Source of the DNA: Callorhinchus milii
Taxonomy: Eukaryota
Reading direction: 5' to 3'
Assembly (NCBI RefSeq): GCF_018977255.1
Contig: NW_024704743.1
Span: forward strand, 78,804,001-78,868,000
Length of the DNA stretch: 64,000 bases
The notes under the pieces: generated by a model
Seen by the model: only the letters and a program-made list of their open reading frames with translations
The model's database searches: none
Told to the model about the DNA's origin: nothing
Made by a program: the position numbers and the translations under genes
Shown: in pieces, positions 36,501-48,590 of the stretch
How the letters are laid out: the number at the start of each line of letters is the position of its first letter
How positions within the stretch are numbered: the first letter of the stretch is position 1

Positions 36501-38559
36501 GACACACAAACAATTATAACAAACTATATCATTTATTGCATTTGATATTGTATTTTATCATATTGTCAAACTATCTCAAAGCACTTCACAGGATTTAGTG
36601 TAAAGTTTGTATAGACAAATATTTTTACTCTCTTATATTTTAAGACAAAAAAAGTTTTCAGGCTAAGATTGGGAAGAATTTTGTGCCTTGTATGCCATCG
36701 TTTAAATTGAAGCCTCAAAACAAATTCTTAAATGAACTGAGGTATAAATATGGAAAACTAGTACTTTTATGGAACAAATGATCCTCCAAGCAAAGCTCTT
36801 AATGATATATCACTTTTCTTGTCTATTCTGGATGCTATGAGACTCTGTTATATGCGTGTTGCAAATAAAGCAGTTGTTTTCCACATATAATATAGTACAT
36901 AAGTATATGTGTGTGTGAGAGAGGGTAGTGCTTGTTTCGACCATGAACAAACCAATTGAAGTCACTTTTGGAAGTAAAGTATTCACACATTGATCAAAAT
37001 AAATCGTTACCAAATAAAAAATAACAGTCCACACAATCCCACAGAATATTTTCCTTTGCTAGAGAATAGATGGAGGCCATTTCTCTCTTAAATAAGCTGC
37101 TGCCTTCAATTACCTCATTAACCCCGGCAATGAGGTCGCAAAGTTTCCACAGTTTATTCAACTCACAAGATTGCTTTCCACAGCGAAGTCCAGGTTTGCC
37201 TTATCACAATGTGTATGTGAGAATCAGTTTACATATGTGTGATTGTAGGGCTCATTGTGTGTGGATGATGCAACTGTATGTGGGGGCTGCCAATTTTCAC
37301 ATAACAATATCCCACAAACAGCCATAATATGAATGAACAATTTTATCTTGAGGCGTTTTGGCCAGGACACCGGGAGTAAGATCTTAAAAATCCACCTGGA
37401 CAGGCAGATAGGATGGCACCTCCAATCATGCAACCTTTGACAACATTGCACTGGTGGGTTGGCCTAGACTGTGAATTCAAAGTCCCGATATGTGGTTTGA
37501 ACCCGTTACTTTGTGACTGAGGAGAGAATGCTATTAATGAAGCCAGGCTAACACCAAATAGGTATGAGTAATCTGAAACAAATATCAAACTCAATATTTT
37601 GTTTGAAGTTTTCAAATACACAAAACAGACACAATTTGGTATAGTCTCCCCAATCGACTCCAGCTTTGTGAAACATTGCAGTATGCAAGTTGGCGGCTGT
37701 GTTCACCTACTAATACAGTCACAAAACTTTATAGTAAATACTGTTAAAACATTTGAGACATCTCGACAATGTACTAAGGTGCTATATCAAATGCATGCAT
37801 TATTATTATTATTTAGGTGTAGCACATCAGTGGAAATAAATTCCCATCACATTTTGAATAATGTCATGAGCTCATTAACATCCACCTGACACATACAGAC
37901 ACATAAGACCTCAATTTATGAGTCATTATTATAGTATATTATAATTCATGTCATTGAGACAACTCAAAGGCGCTTCACAGAATATATTGTAAAGTGTGTA
38001 TTTTCTGGATGAAATGCAGCAATGCAGCACTCTGTCTGTATTCAGATAGTGCCTCTAACAACCAATAAAAACCATAGCACTGTGACTACTATACAGTACT
38101 TCTTGAGTTTATGTGCTTGCCTTTTGTAGAGTTGATGAGAAAAGCACATTTAAAACCAAATGCAGGTTTTGATATGAAAAAAATATGAGGTGGGGGGGAA
38201 GGACGAGATTAATTCAGTCATGAATGAGAACTGAAGCATCAGCATACAGATCTGACTCGAGGAACCTTAAACCGTAATCCGTATTTTAGTGAATCTAAAG
38301 GCAGTGTATCCATTATAAATATCTATTACATCAAGAACTGAAAAGTTGATAATGTATCAAATTTCTCAAATACAACAGAAACAACAAATTTACATTCATA
38401 TAGTGTTTTTCACATCAGGAGGACATCCCAAGACGCTGGAGAGACCAGGGTTTGCACCCGAGATGGAGGTGAGGGCTGGTGGGGGGGGTGGTCCGAGAGA
38501 GGTGGGGGAAAGATGAAAATTCATGAATTACTTGTTTATGATATAATTCCTTTTTGTTG

Positions 38560-39140
38560 CAACAACAACAACTTGCATTTATATAGCACCCCCTCATGTA
38601 GGGCAGCATCCCAGAGCGTTTGAAGGTGGCGGAGCACAACGCTGAGCTGGGGGAGGGAGGGTGACCGTGGGCACTGTCGAATAGGAAGGTCTTCAGGGAT
38701 GACCTGAAGATGGGGAAGGAAGGGCAAGGAGGAGGGATAGAGGAAGAGTGTTCCAGAGTTTCAGAGCGTAGTGAATGAAAGCGCGGCCACCAGTGGTGGA
38801 ATGGAAGGTACGAGGGACCTACAGAAGGCTGAAGCCAGTCGAGCTGAGGCAGCAGGTTGTCGGTTGGAGGAAAAGAAAGTTGGACAGGTAGAAAGACGCC
38901 AGAGCATGAAGGGATTTCAAAACAAGGGTGAGGATCTTGAAATCAAACTGTTTAGCGATAGGAAGCCAGTGGAACATGGCTAGAATTGGTGTGATGGGGG
39001 TATGAGTTTAGTGTGGGTGAGTGTGCGGGTGGCGGAGTTTTGGATCAGCTGGATCTTGTGCATGGTGGAGCTGGGGAGACCGGCAAGGATGGCATTTGAA
39101 AAGTCAAATTGGGAGGATACGAACGCATGAATGAGTGTTG
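38560..39140 (-). mobile_element. L2 LINE 3' fragment
   Basis: (CAA)n tail; - strand LIHAFVSSQFDFSNAILAGLP..IQLIQNSA. Confidence 0.8.
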
Positions 39141-39365
39141 GCCCACCCTCCAATACCGACGTGCTTGAGTTTCCACCGAATGTCTCTGTAAAGCACATCC
39201 AGATGCCCTCTTATGTGAAAGGCGCTGAATAATTGCAAATTGTTGTTTTATTTTTCTTGTGTATTTTTTTCCCAAACAAATAAAGCTCGACTTTACAAAA
39301 TAATGAAAGAATAATTTTTTTTATAATGTCCCGTTTATAACTAATCTGTTACTATGCTTTCGTTT

Positions 39366-41125
39366 ACAACAACAACAACAAGATTACATTTGTATAGCGC
39401 CTTTTATGTCGGGAGGACGTCCCAAGGCGCTGGACAGTGTACAGCATTTCAGACCCGAGCTGGGGTCAGTGAGGGAGAAGGGAGGGGAGGGGAAGGGAGG
39501 TGGCTGATGGCATGGTCAAAGAGGAGGGTCTTGAGGCGGGACTTGAAGGAGGTTAAGGAGGGGGCGAGGCGGAGTGACTGGGGGATGGAATTCCAGAGGT
39601 TGGGGGCAGAGTGGCTGAAGGCTCTTCCGCCAATGGTGGGGCGGGTGGGTCAGGGGACATGGAGCAGGCCAGAGCCGTCTGAGCGGAGGGAACGGGCGGG
39701 TTGGTAGTGGGTTAGGAGTTCGCAGAGATAGGGTGGGGTGAGGCCATGGAGGGCTTTGTATGTGAAGACCAGGATCTCGAACTGGATCTTCTGAACAACA
39801 ACAACAACAAGATTACATTTATAGAGCGCCTTTCATGTCGGGAGGATGTCCCAAGGCGCTGTACAGTCAGGTCAGGACCCGAGCAGGGGGAAATGGTCAG
39901 GGTGAGGGGAGGGAAGGGAGGGAGCGAGGAGGGAGTAGAGAGTTGAGAGGGGAGCTGAAGGCACGGTCAAAGAGAAAGGTCTTGAGACCGGCCTTGAAGG
40001 AGGAAAGGGAGGAAGCAAGGCGAAGGCACTGGGGGATAGAGTTCCAGAGCCTGGGGGCTGAGAGGCTGAAGGCCCGGCCACCGATGGTAGGGCGGTTGGG
40101 GCGGGGGATGTGGAGCAGACCGGAGCCAGAGGAACGGAAGGTACGGGCAGGTAAGTAGGGGGATAGTAGGTCAGAGAGGTAGGAGGGAGCAAGGCCGTGA
40201 ATGGCCTTGTAGTGAGGATGAGGATCTTGAATTCGACCCTCTGGGGGATGGGGAGCCAGTGGAGGTGAGCGAGGGTGGGAGTGATGTGATCGCGAAGCCT
40301 GGTGCGGGACAGTACACGAGCTGCAGAGTTATATAATAATAATAATAATCCTTGCATTTGATATAGCGCTTTTCACGTCGGAAGGACGTCCCAAAGCGCT
40401 TCACAGAACACACTGTAAAGTGAATTGACTGTAAATTTGTGAGCGAACGCGGCAGCCAATTGCGCACAGCAATGTCCCACAAACAGTCGTAGATTGAAAA
40501 TGCCAATTTTATTATTGTTTTTGGTTTTGGAGGGATTATTATTAGGCTCTGTGTGGAGTAAGGAAACTTGCCCAAGGTTTCGCCCTGCCTGGAATTGAAC
40601 CCAGGTATCTCGCTTGCAAAGCGAGTGCTCTAACCACTGAGCTACAGGACTCCAGAGTTCTGAATGACCTGCAGCTTGTGGAGGGAGGTGGCGGGAAGGC
40701 CGACGAGGAGAGAGTTCCCATAGTCCAACCTTGAGGTGATAAAGGTGTGGACCAGAGTTTCAGCAGCGTGAGGGGTGAGGTAGTGCCGTAGTCTGGCGAT
40801 ATTCCGGAGGTGATGGAAGGCGGTGCCAGTTGTGGTGCGGATATGGGGAGAAAGGACAGCTCAGGGTCGAACAGAACCCCGAGGTTCCTGACTGGCTTTG
40901 AGAGGTGGAGAGTGCAGCCTTGGATGCTGATGGTGTCAGCGCCTGAGGTGCGGAGGCGCTGACGTGAGCCAATCAGGAGGGCCTCAGTTTTGCGCACGTT
41001 TAGCTGAAGAAAGTTGTCTCTCGTCCAGGACTCGATGTCGGACAGGCAGGCTGTCAGGACATCGGTGGTCGTGGAGTTGAGGGTAGAGGAGGAAAGGTAG
41101 AGTTGGGTGTCATCTGCATACATGT
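39366..41125 (-). mobile_element. Two tandem L2 3' fragments (39366-39792; younger CpG-rich copy 39795-41125) with a nested SINE
   Basis: [69 protein letters not shown]; (CAA)n tails at ~39366 and ~39795. Confidence 0.9.
40331..40653 (-). mobile_element. tRNA-Ala-like SINE, short subfamily, full length, inserted in L2
   Basis: A and B boxes intact, (TTA)n tail, TSD AGAGTT at 40325-40330 and 40654-40659; the L2 is colinear on both sides. Confidence 0.92.
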
Positions 41126-41399
41126 AGGTGACGATTTGGAAGAATTCCCCAAGTTTTAATTTGAAAAATAAGAATGCGATTTCTTAATAGTGAGGTGCAA
41201 GATTTTAATCCTTTCATTTATGAAAGGATAAGGTAAAAATGTTTCAAAACACTTGCATCAAAAGTAATGTCCATTACTCTCTCAAATTTAGGATTATACG
41301 ATCCTCACAGTTGACCCAACCACTCCAATCTGACATCCTGTGTAATCAGCTCGAGACCTGATCGGATGACACCCTTCACCACATGTGCAGCAATGAAGT

Positions 41400-43150
41400 A
41401 CGGTAAAGAAAAGCAGACATTTGAGACCCTGCCGAAAGAATCCGGCCAAGTCCTCTGATCTTCTAACTTAAATCGTTCATCGAACGTTCTAAAACGTCGT
41501 TCGAAAACGTTATCAAATCTAAGTTTCGAACGCGGTGTTGCGCGGCTCCCTTTCGTTTGGACCCCCAGCGCGGCTGAGAACGGGGGACGAAACGTGAGCG
41601 CGTCGGGGGCCTCACGCACTCGGGCGCTCGTCAGAATTCCCGTGGCGTTAAATGAGAAGAAATTGATCCCAGTTGCCCTGACCACCAGTCCCTCCCAACC
41701 CCAAGCCACCCGCCGCCCAAATAACATTGGTCACTGGCAGTTTGGGGACCCGCGTCATCCTGCCCAAATGCAACCAGAGTTCTACAAAGAACGTGACGTG
41801 CTCTCACAGTCGTGCCGCGGGGACCTGAACCCATGACCTTGTTATCTCAGGGGACAGAGGTGCTGTGCTCCCAACTGAGCCAGACTGACACCAGCAGCAA
41901 CACACCCCACAGACACAGCACAGCACAGCCTTCCCTTCCCAGTGAGTAAACACCACACACCCCTCCCCCCCCTTCCCACAGGCGCGCGCACGTCCAAGCG
42001 TCACCAGCCCCGGGGGGGGAGGGGGGGGTAGTGTGGGCGCTGACGTCAGTGACCATTGTGGGAAGGCGTCCGGGAGGACGTACGTACGTGCGGGCGGGCG
42101 CGCGCGTGCGCGCGCGAGCGCTGAAGTCGGCGAGTGCGGCCGTGCGCGCGCGCGCAGTGTAGTGTAGTGCAGGGTTGACGGTTGGTCGGGGTCGCGCGCT
42201 GAAGCGACGGATCACGACGACGGCGGCGGCGGCTCCGTGGGGGGGGGGGCAGGGCGGCCCGCGTCGGTGTGCGAGATGGGAGTCGGCGAGCGGGGCCGCG
42301 CGGCGGAGAGGAGCGACGAGGACTAGAGAGAGCTCGGAGAGTGTCGGCCGCCCGGGGACAGGCAGAGAGGCACGGGGGTAGGCCTTGAGGTCGGTAAGAG
42401 GCCGCGCACAAACCCTGGGGTTCGGCCCGGGCCCGGGCCCGGGGTGGGGGGGGGGAGCGGAGGGGGAACTGCGGCTGTAACAATGGCGTTTGTCTGAGCC
42501 TCGGGGGCCGCCGACTCCTCACACACACACACACACACCGCAACCAGCAGCGCCCCCGAGAGGATGGCCACGATCGCCGCTCTCACCCGGGGAGGGACCG
42601 GGGCCGCCTGTTTACAGCGGCCTTTAAACCAGACAGAAAAGCCAGTTAGGGCCGTGTGTGTCTCACACCCACAGTGTGAGACTGTCTGTCTGTGTGTCTG
42701 AAAGACTCGAGAGACCTGAGGGGCTGTGACTGTCTGTCAGCAGAGACCTGGAATTGGGGGGTCTACAACCCCCCCCCTCCCCCCCCAACACAAACACACA
42801 CAACAACAACAACAACACATCACCTAGTGGTGCATAGAGTGATACTGCATGGAAATTATTCGGGGTCCCCCCCCCGCGCCTTGTCTCCCCTCGCCCTGTC
42901 TCGCCCCGTCGCCCCCCCTTGCCTCGTCGCCCTGTCTCGACCCGTCTCGCCTCGCCGTCCCCCCTTGCCCCGTTGCCCCCACCTTGCCCCGTCGCCCGCA
43001 CCCTGCCCCGTCGCCCATCCATCTCACCCCGTCGCTCGCCCTCGGCTTGTCGCTCGCCTGCCCCGTCAGCCCCCCTTGACCCATTCCCCCCCGCCCCCCA
43101 TCCTGTCGCTCCTCCTCTCCTTGGCCCCCGCCCACCCTGTTGCCCTCCCC
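41400..43150. promoter_or_regulatory. CpG-island promoter
   Basis: Abrupt GC and CpG enrichment in a CpG-depleted background. Full CRE TGACGTCA at 42041-42048, ZNF143-like TTCCCACAATGGT (-) at 42052-42064, GC boxes (GGGCGG) and GCGC runs. Confidence 0.85.
42120..42393 (+). other. Probable non-coding first exon of an unidentified + strand gene (start approximate)
   Basis: G-skewed CpG-rich leader downstream of the promoter motifs, ending at donor TCG|GTAAGA (GT at 42394-42395). Its only ATG opens a 16-codon uORF. Confidence 0.5.
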
Positions 43151-43384
43151 AAGATAAAGATAAATGGTACTTTATCTTGTAACCGCATGGGACAGAAATG
43201 TGCAGACTTTATTTGGCTGAAACTGCAATTTGTTCAGCTGTGAGCTTGCATCAATTATTGCACCGCAGAGCTGATGCATGCTCCTCTTACTCTGGAAGGT
43301 TAATTAAGGTTAAATTAATGTAAAATATATCTGCTGTTCCAAAAATATATATTTTTTAAATTACGTAATGGAATAAAAGGTTTA

Positions 43385-44330
43385 ATAATAAATAATCTTT
43401 CTGTTTGGTATAGCCCCTTTTACGTTAGGAGGACATCCTAAAGTGCTTCACATGATATACTGTAAAGTGCAGTAATGAATGGAGGAGCCAATTTGCCCAC
43501 AGAATGTCCCACAAACAGCCATGAAATGAATGACAAATTATATTTGGGGGATTGTTAGCCAGAGTACCAGGAAAAACTATCTTCTTTTTTCAGATTGTGC
43601 TGTGCAGTCTTTAACTCCACCTGAACAGTCAGACGGGCCTTGGTTTAATATCTCATCCAAAGAATGACAGCTCAAACAATGCAATAAATAGTATTGCATT
43701 GGAGTGTCTGATTAGATTATATGAGTTCTACGCCTTGACATGGGGCTTGAACCCACAACCTTCCAATTCAGCGATGAGCCTGCTACCACTGAGCCAGTCT
43801 GACAAATATATTTGTAATATTATTTCTTTTAAATCATAGTAAAATGGTAGACACTTGGACTAATGAGCCTACCCATTCCAACATTGAGGCTTTGAACTCT
43901 TCTCTTGGATGACTTTCCAGTGACTACTGGGGGAGCATTTCAGTGTTAGAGATCCTGTGCTTTGGATCGGATGTTAATTCAAAGTCCCATGTGCCTGTTC
44001 AGGTGGACACTAATGATCCTATGGCAATGTTGCAAAAGTAAACAGTGTTTCTCCTGGTATTCTCAACAATAATACTCCAGTATAAAGAATTGCTCATTCA
44101 CTTAATGGCTGGTTATGGGATATCGCTGTGAGCAAATTGGTTGCTGCATTTGTCTATAATTACCTAGTCAACAACAGCAACAACTTGGATTTATATAGCG
44201 CCCTCCACGCCAGACAGCATTTCAGAACGCTTACTACACTTATGATCAGCTTCAAAATATCGGTGAAGCATTTTGAGACAGCTCGACGAGTGATGAGTCC
44301 CTGTACCAAATGCACAGATAATTATATTTT
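43385..44330. mobile_element. Head-to-head Deu-domain SINE pair (~43385-43803 on -, ~43880-44330 on +)
   Basis: Deu core and tail motifs in opposite orientations. Confidence 0.65.
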
Positions 44331-46449
44331 GATTTTTGATTCCTTGCAAGTATTTCTAATTCTAAAAATCCTGAATCATACGAGTGGTTGGCTGGAGACA
44401 AAATTGAGCGCCAAATCTGATCAGGTGTCTTGGTTAAAAAATGTGATATAAACCACTTTGTTTACTATTAATTTGCTTTATCAAAGAACAGTATATGGTG
44501 TATCCAATGTAAAGATTTTTCAGTCAGTTTCTCATGATTACAGCCGTAGTGTGTGAATTTTAATTAGCTGATACTTAATTATAAGAACCAGAAACTCTTG
44601 ACCCAGGGTTAGTAACAAAATGAACAGTTTGTTGGCATAGCCCTACCGTTTGCATGAATACAATGCTGCTTTGCCTGAATGAATCAAAAGTATGGTTGTT
44701 TTCTATGAACTAAAAACATCAGTCCTGAGTTAAATGAGATTCATTGGGCTTGATGACGTTCACCCAGTCTTGTTGACACATGTTGGTCCTCCAATATGCT
44801 GTGTCTTCTATATTTTTGGCTGTGGTTACCAATACAGTATCCAGTCATTTTTCTAAAAGAATTACCATTTTCAAAAAGGAAGGACACTTTGTACCAAAAT
44901 CACTTGGGGCACTTGCACACATTTTCAACATGCTTAGTAGCAATGGAGGAGTACAAGTTGTTTCTAAAGCAGGTTAAACATTACCACTTCTGAACACTAA
45001 ATATTTGGTTGGTTACGTTTATTTCATAGGTAAGACTTGTTTCAATTAAAATTAATTGAGCACTGGGAATTCAACACTTGGAATAACAATGCCAACACTA
45101 AACTGGTTGATGAACATATTTTTTTCTGTGGAGGGAAAGAAGAGGAACAACTATAGAAGGGTAGGATACAATTTACCGAGTGGAAGTCGGGGAGAATGAA
45201 ATTTGAACAGGATTCAAATTGGTTCACTCTCACTCACCATTCACTTCAGTAGTTTTGGCTGGGGAGCAGATCAGCTTCCAAATCTCTTGATCAGAAATTG
45301 TGTTTGGCTTTGAAAGAAATGAGATGAAAAGTAAATGATAAAAATTGGACAACAAAATGTAGTGTGCTAGTATGTCCCTGTAAGGACACCTGCTGCGACA
45401 TGACTCAGGGCTCTCCTCAGACCTATCCTTACCATGTAAATTCTTCCCCTTAATGGTATCATCTTTAGGCACAGGACGCCTTTCCATATGGAGACGGATG
45501 ACATACATCTCTGTCTACCTCTATCCTTGATACTGAGACCATCATTGCTCTAACTGCTTGTTCATTGGATGTCTGGTCCTGGATGAGCTCTACTGTCTGC
45601 AGCTCATTGCCAACAGGACTGAGGCTTTTCTGCTCATTTTGTAGTGCAACAATAAAGAGCTTGGGGAAATGACAACCTAATCGCTTCAGTTTTTGTTAGC
45701 ACAGATATACAGTTTTTCATATTTATCAAGCTGTGACATTGACATAGAAAGAATTGTAAGGTAGACTTTTGTCATAGTTGTGTGACTTGGGATGTTAGGA
45801 ATTTGTCTTTTGGCTGGTTGAACCTTGTTTATTCATTACAGTAACTTGTTCAAATTGGCAAGGCAGCCATTGTGTGGAGTTGTGATCGCTTGAAGATATT
45901 AATTTTGGAAGGGCAAGTTAAGTACTGGTTTTAGGTGTCAAAATATATTTTTGTTTTTAATTCAGGACAGTAAAATGCAATGTTTTGTTTATTTGTAGAA
46001 TAAATGAAAGTTGTGTCTTGAATTTGGTTTGTAGTATGTTCAGATGAAAGTCATATAATTTTGATTAAATTTAAGCTTGAAAGTTGCCGGTTCTTTGTCT
46101 CACTGGTGGAGAATAAAGGAGACGTACATTCTGCAAGGCACCGAGGTATCTTACTGGAGCAGCTCAACTTACTCTGAATGCTGAGAAATGTCAGCCGAGA
46201 TGTGAAGGACAAAATCATGCTTCTGGAAAATAAAATGGTAAAACTTTTAGTAGTGAGTGGAAAATAAGTCAAGATTTAATAAGGGGGAGAACAAAATAAT
46301 AAGATTGTATGTTTATTAGGCTACCGTTATATCATTTTATAATGTTGTGATATCAATATTGTGAATACCAATGGTTGATTGCTTGTTTATGGTTGAGGCT
46401 CAGAGAGTTTCTCACTTGGCTGACAATCCCGCAAATAAAATTGCCTCTT

Positions 46450-47680
46450 CTCTCACTTCAACCTTCATGGTTCTATCCTTGAATGGTTCAGATTCTACCT
46501 CCCACACTGTCTCCACTTCAGCTCCACAAATGGCTTCTTCTCTAGCCCCCGCACTATTTCATGTGGAGTTCCTCAGGGCTCTGTCCTTGATTCCCTCCTT
46601 TTCAATATCTATATGCTCCCTCTTGGTGACATCATCTGTAGACACGGGGTCCATTTCCGCATGTATTCTCTGCCTCCACGCTCGACTCCACGACCACTGC
46701 TGTCCTGACAGAATGTCTGTCAGACATCGAGTCCTGGATGAGAGTTAACTTTGTACAGTTGAACATCAACAAGACTGAGGCCCTCCTCGTGCCCTCCTGA
46801 TTGGCTCCTGACAGTGCTTCCACACCTCAGGCACTGACAGCATCACCATCCAAGGATACACACTCCACCTTACTAAGCCAGTCCGGAACGTTGGCATCTT
46901 GTTGGCCCCTGAACTACCCTTTCTACCCCACAGCTGTGCCATGGGTCGCTCTGCCTTACCCACCTCCGCAACATTGCCTGGCTCCGCCGTGTCTCACACC
47001 GCAGGCCGCTGAGACCCTCATACACACATTCAGAACATCCAGGCTCCACTACGCAAACCTTCAAAGCTCTCCATGGCCTTGCTCCCCCCTACCTCTGCAA
47101 CTTCCTAACCCCCTACAAACCTGCCCACTCCCTCCACTCATTGGGCTTCAGCTTCACCTCACCCGCCCCACCATTGTTGAGCAGGCCTTCTGCTACTCTA
47201 TCCCCCCACCCTCTAGAACTTCATCCTGCAGTCCCTCCGCCTCTCCCTCTTCTCTATCCCCCCACCCTCTAGAACTTCATCCTGCAGTCCCTCCGCCTCT
47301 CCCTCTTCTCTATCCCCCCACCCTCTAGAACTTCATCCTGCAGTCCCTCCGCCTCTCCCTCTTCTCTATCCCCCCACCCTCTAGAACTTCATCCTGCAGT
47401 CCCTCCGCCTCTCCCTCTTCTCTATCCCCCCACCCTTTAGAACTTCATCCTGCAGTCCCTCCGCCTCTCCCTCTTCTTGCTTCCTTCAAGACCCATTTGA
47501 AGACCCTCCTCTTCGACCATACTTTTGGTCAACATCCCTCCCCCCTGCCCCCCCCCCCCCCACTGCCCTCCACCCTCCACGATCAGGACCCCTAGCTCAG
47601 GTCCGAAACATTGGTTGCCCATCGCCTTGGGACAACCTCCCAACGTGAAAGGCGGTAAAGAAATGTAATTTTGTCTTTTG
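46450..47680 (+). mobile_element. L2 LINE fragment containing a minisatellite
   Basis: [28 protein letters not shown] motifs; L2 tail at ~47620-47680. Confidence 0.85.
47196..47477 (+). repeat. Minisatellite, 5 x 56 bp, near perfect
   Basis: Unit ctctatccccccaccctctagaacttcatcctgcagtccctccgcctctccctctt; TAGAAC recurs at 47214, 47270, 47326, 47382, 47438; one substitution in unit 5. Confidence 0.95.
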
Positions 47681-47928
47681 TTGTTGGTCACTCGCTCCAT
47701 GGCTGTTTGTGGGACATTGCTGTCAGAATCTGGCTGCCACATTTCGCCCTCAAAAATACACATTCAATCCACTTCACAGTATATTTTTTGAAGTGCTTTA
47801 AGATGTTGCGAAGGTGTGATAAAGCGCTATATCAAATGCAAGGGTTATTATTAAAAGTATTCTAGAAAGGATTTGCATTTTTATCACAACAAAATATTTG
47901 TGCTTTGTAGATAATTTCTGTCGAGTGT

Positions 47929-48049
47929 AATACAAATCTTTTAGGCAAATGTGGTAGTCGTTTGCAGTGTAATGCAAAATTACATTTGGAATACAAATCT
48001 TTTAGGCAAATGTGGTAGCCGTTTGCAGTGTAATGCAAAATTACATTTG
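47929..48049 (+). repeat. Tandem duplication, 2 x 61 bp
   Basis: aatacaaatcttttaggcaaatgtggtag(t/c)cgtttgcagtgtaatgcaaaattacatttg at 47929 and 47990. Confidence 0.9.
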
Positions 48050-48590
48050 TAAAGCGCCTTTCACGTCGGAAGGACGTCTGAATAGTCAGGGGTTAGGATC
48101 TGGGGGTTGGGATCAGGGAGGGTGGGAGGTAGAGAGGTTAGGAGGGCGCTGAAGGCCTTCTGCCACTCTGCCTTCCTCAAAGAGGAGGGTCTTGGGGTGT
48201 GCCTTGAAGAAGGCAAGGGAGGGATCGAGGCGAAGGGAATGTGGGAAGGAGTTCCAGAGGGTGGGGGCAGAGAGGCTGAAGGCCTGACTGTTGATGATGG
48301 GCCAGGCGGGAGATCGAGTAGGCCGGAGCTTGCTGAGCGGTGGAAGCGGTCAGGTTGATAAAGGGTTAGCAGGTCGCAGAGGTAGGAGGGGGCATGAAGG
48401 TGAGGATGAGAATTTTGAACTCAATCCTCTGAAGAATGGGAACCCAGTGGATCCGGGTGAGGGTGGGTGTGATGGGGTCACGGAGCCTGGTGCAGGAGAG
48501 GACGTGAGCTGCAGAGTTCTGGATGATCTGCAACTTGTGAAGGGAAGAGTTGGAAAGGCCGACAAGCAAGGAGTTGGCATAGTCGAGCCA
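48040..48590 (-). mobile_element. L2 LINE 3' fragment
   Basis: - strand LHKLQIIQNSAAHVLSCTRLRDPITPTL..IHW.P..QRIEFKIL. Confidence 0.85.

Noticed and set aside
40580..40653. tRNA-Ala(TGC) gene (also ~17025-17096 and ~58977-59048)
   Set aside because: tRNA-like heads run directly into SINE bodies and tails; acceptor stem incomplete.
41476..41530. Heat-shock element (GAAcgTTCtaAAA)
   Set aside because: Only two perfect nGAAn units; spacing to neighbouring units is wrong.
18406..42393. Naming the CpG-island gene from its proximity to a tRNA-Gly(GCC)
   Set aside because: No identifiable coding exon in the window, so any gene symbol would be a guess.
41800..43250. Overlapping Arg/Pro/Gly-rich ORFs in the CpG island
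   Set aside because: Stop-poor frames are expected from GC-rich low-complexity DNA; no recognisable domain.
47196..47477. CRISPR-like array
   Set aside because: Head-to-tail identical units with no unique spacers, L2-derived, in a eukaryotic context.
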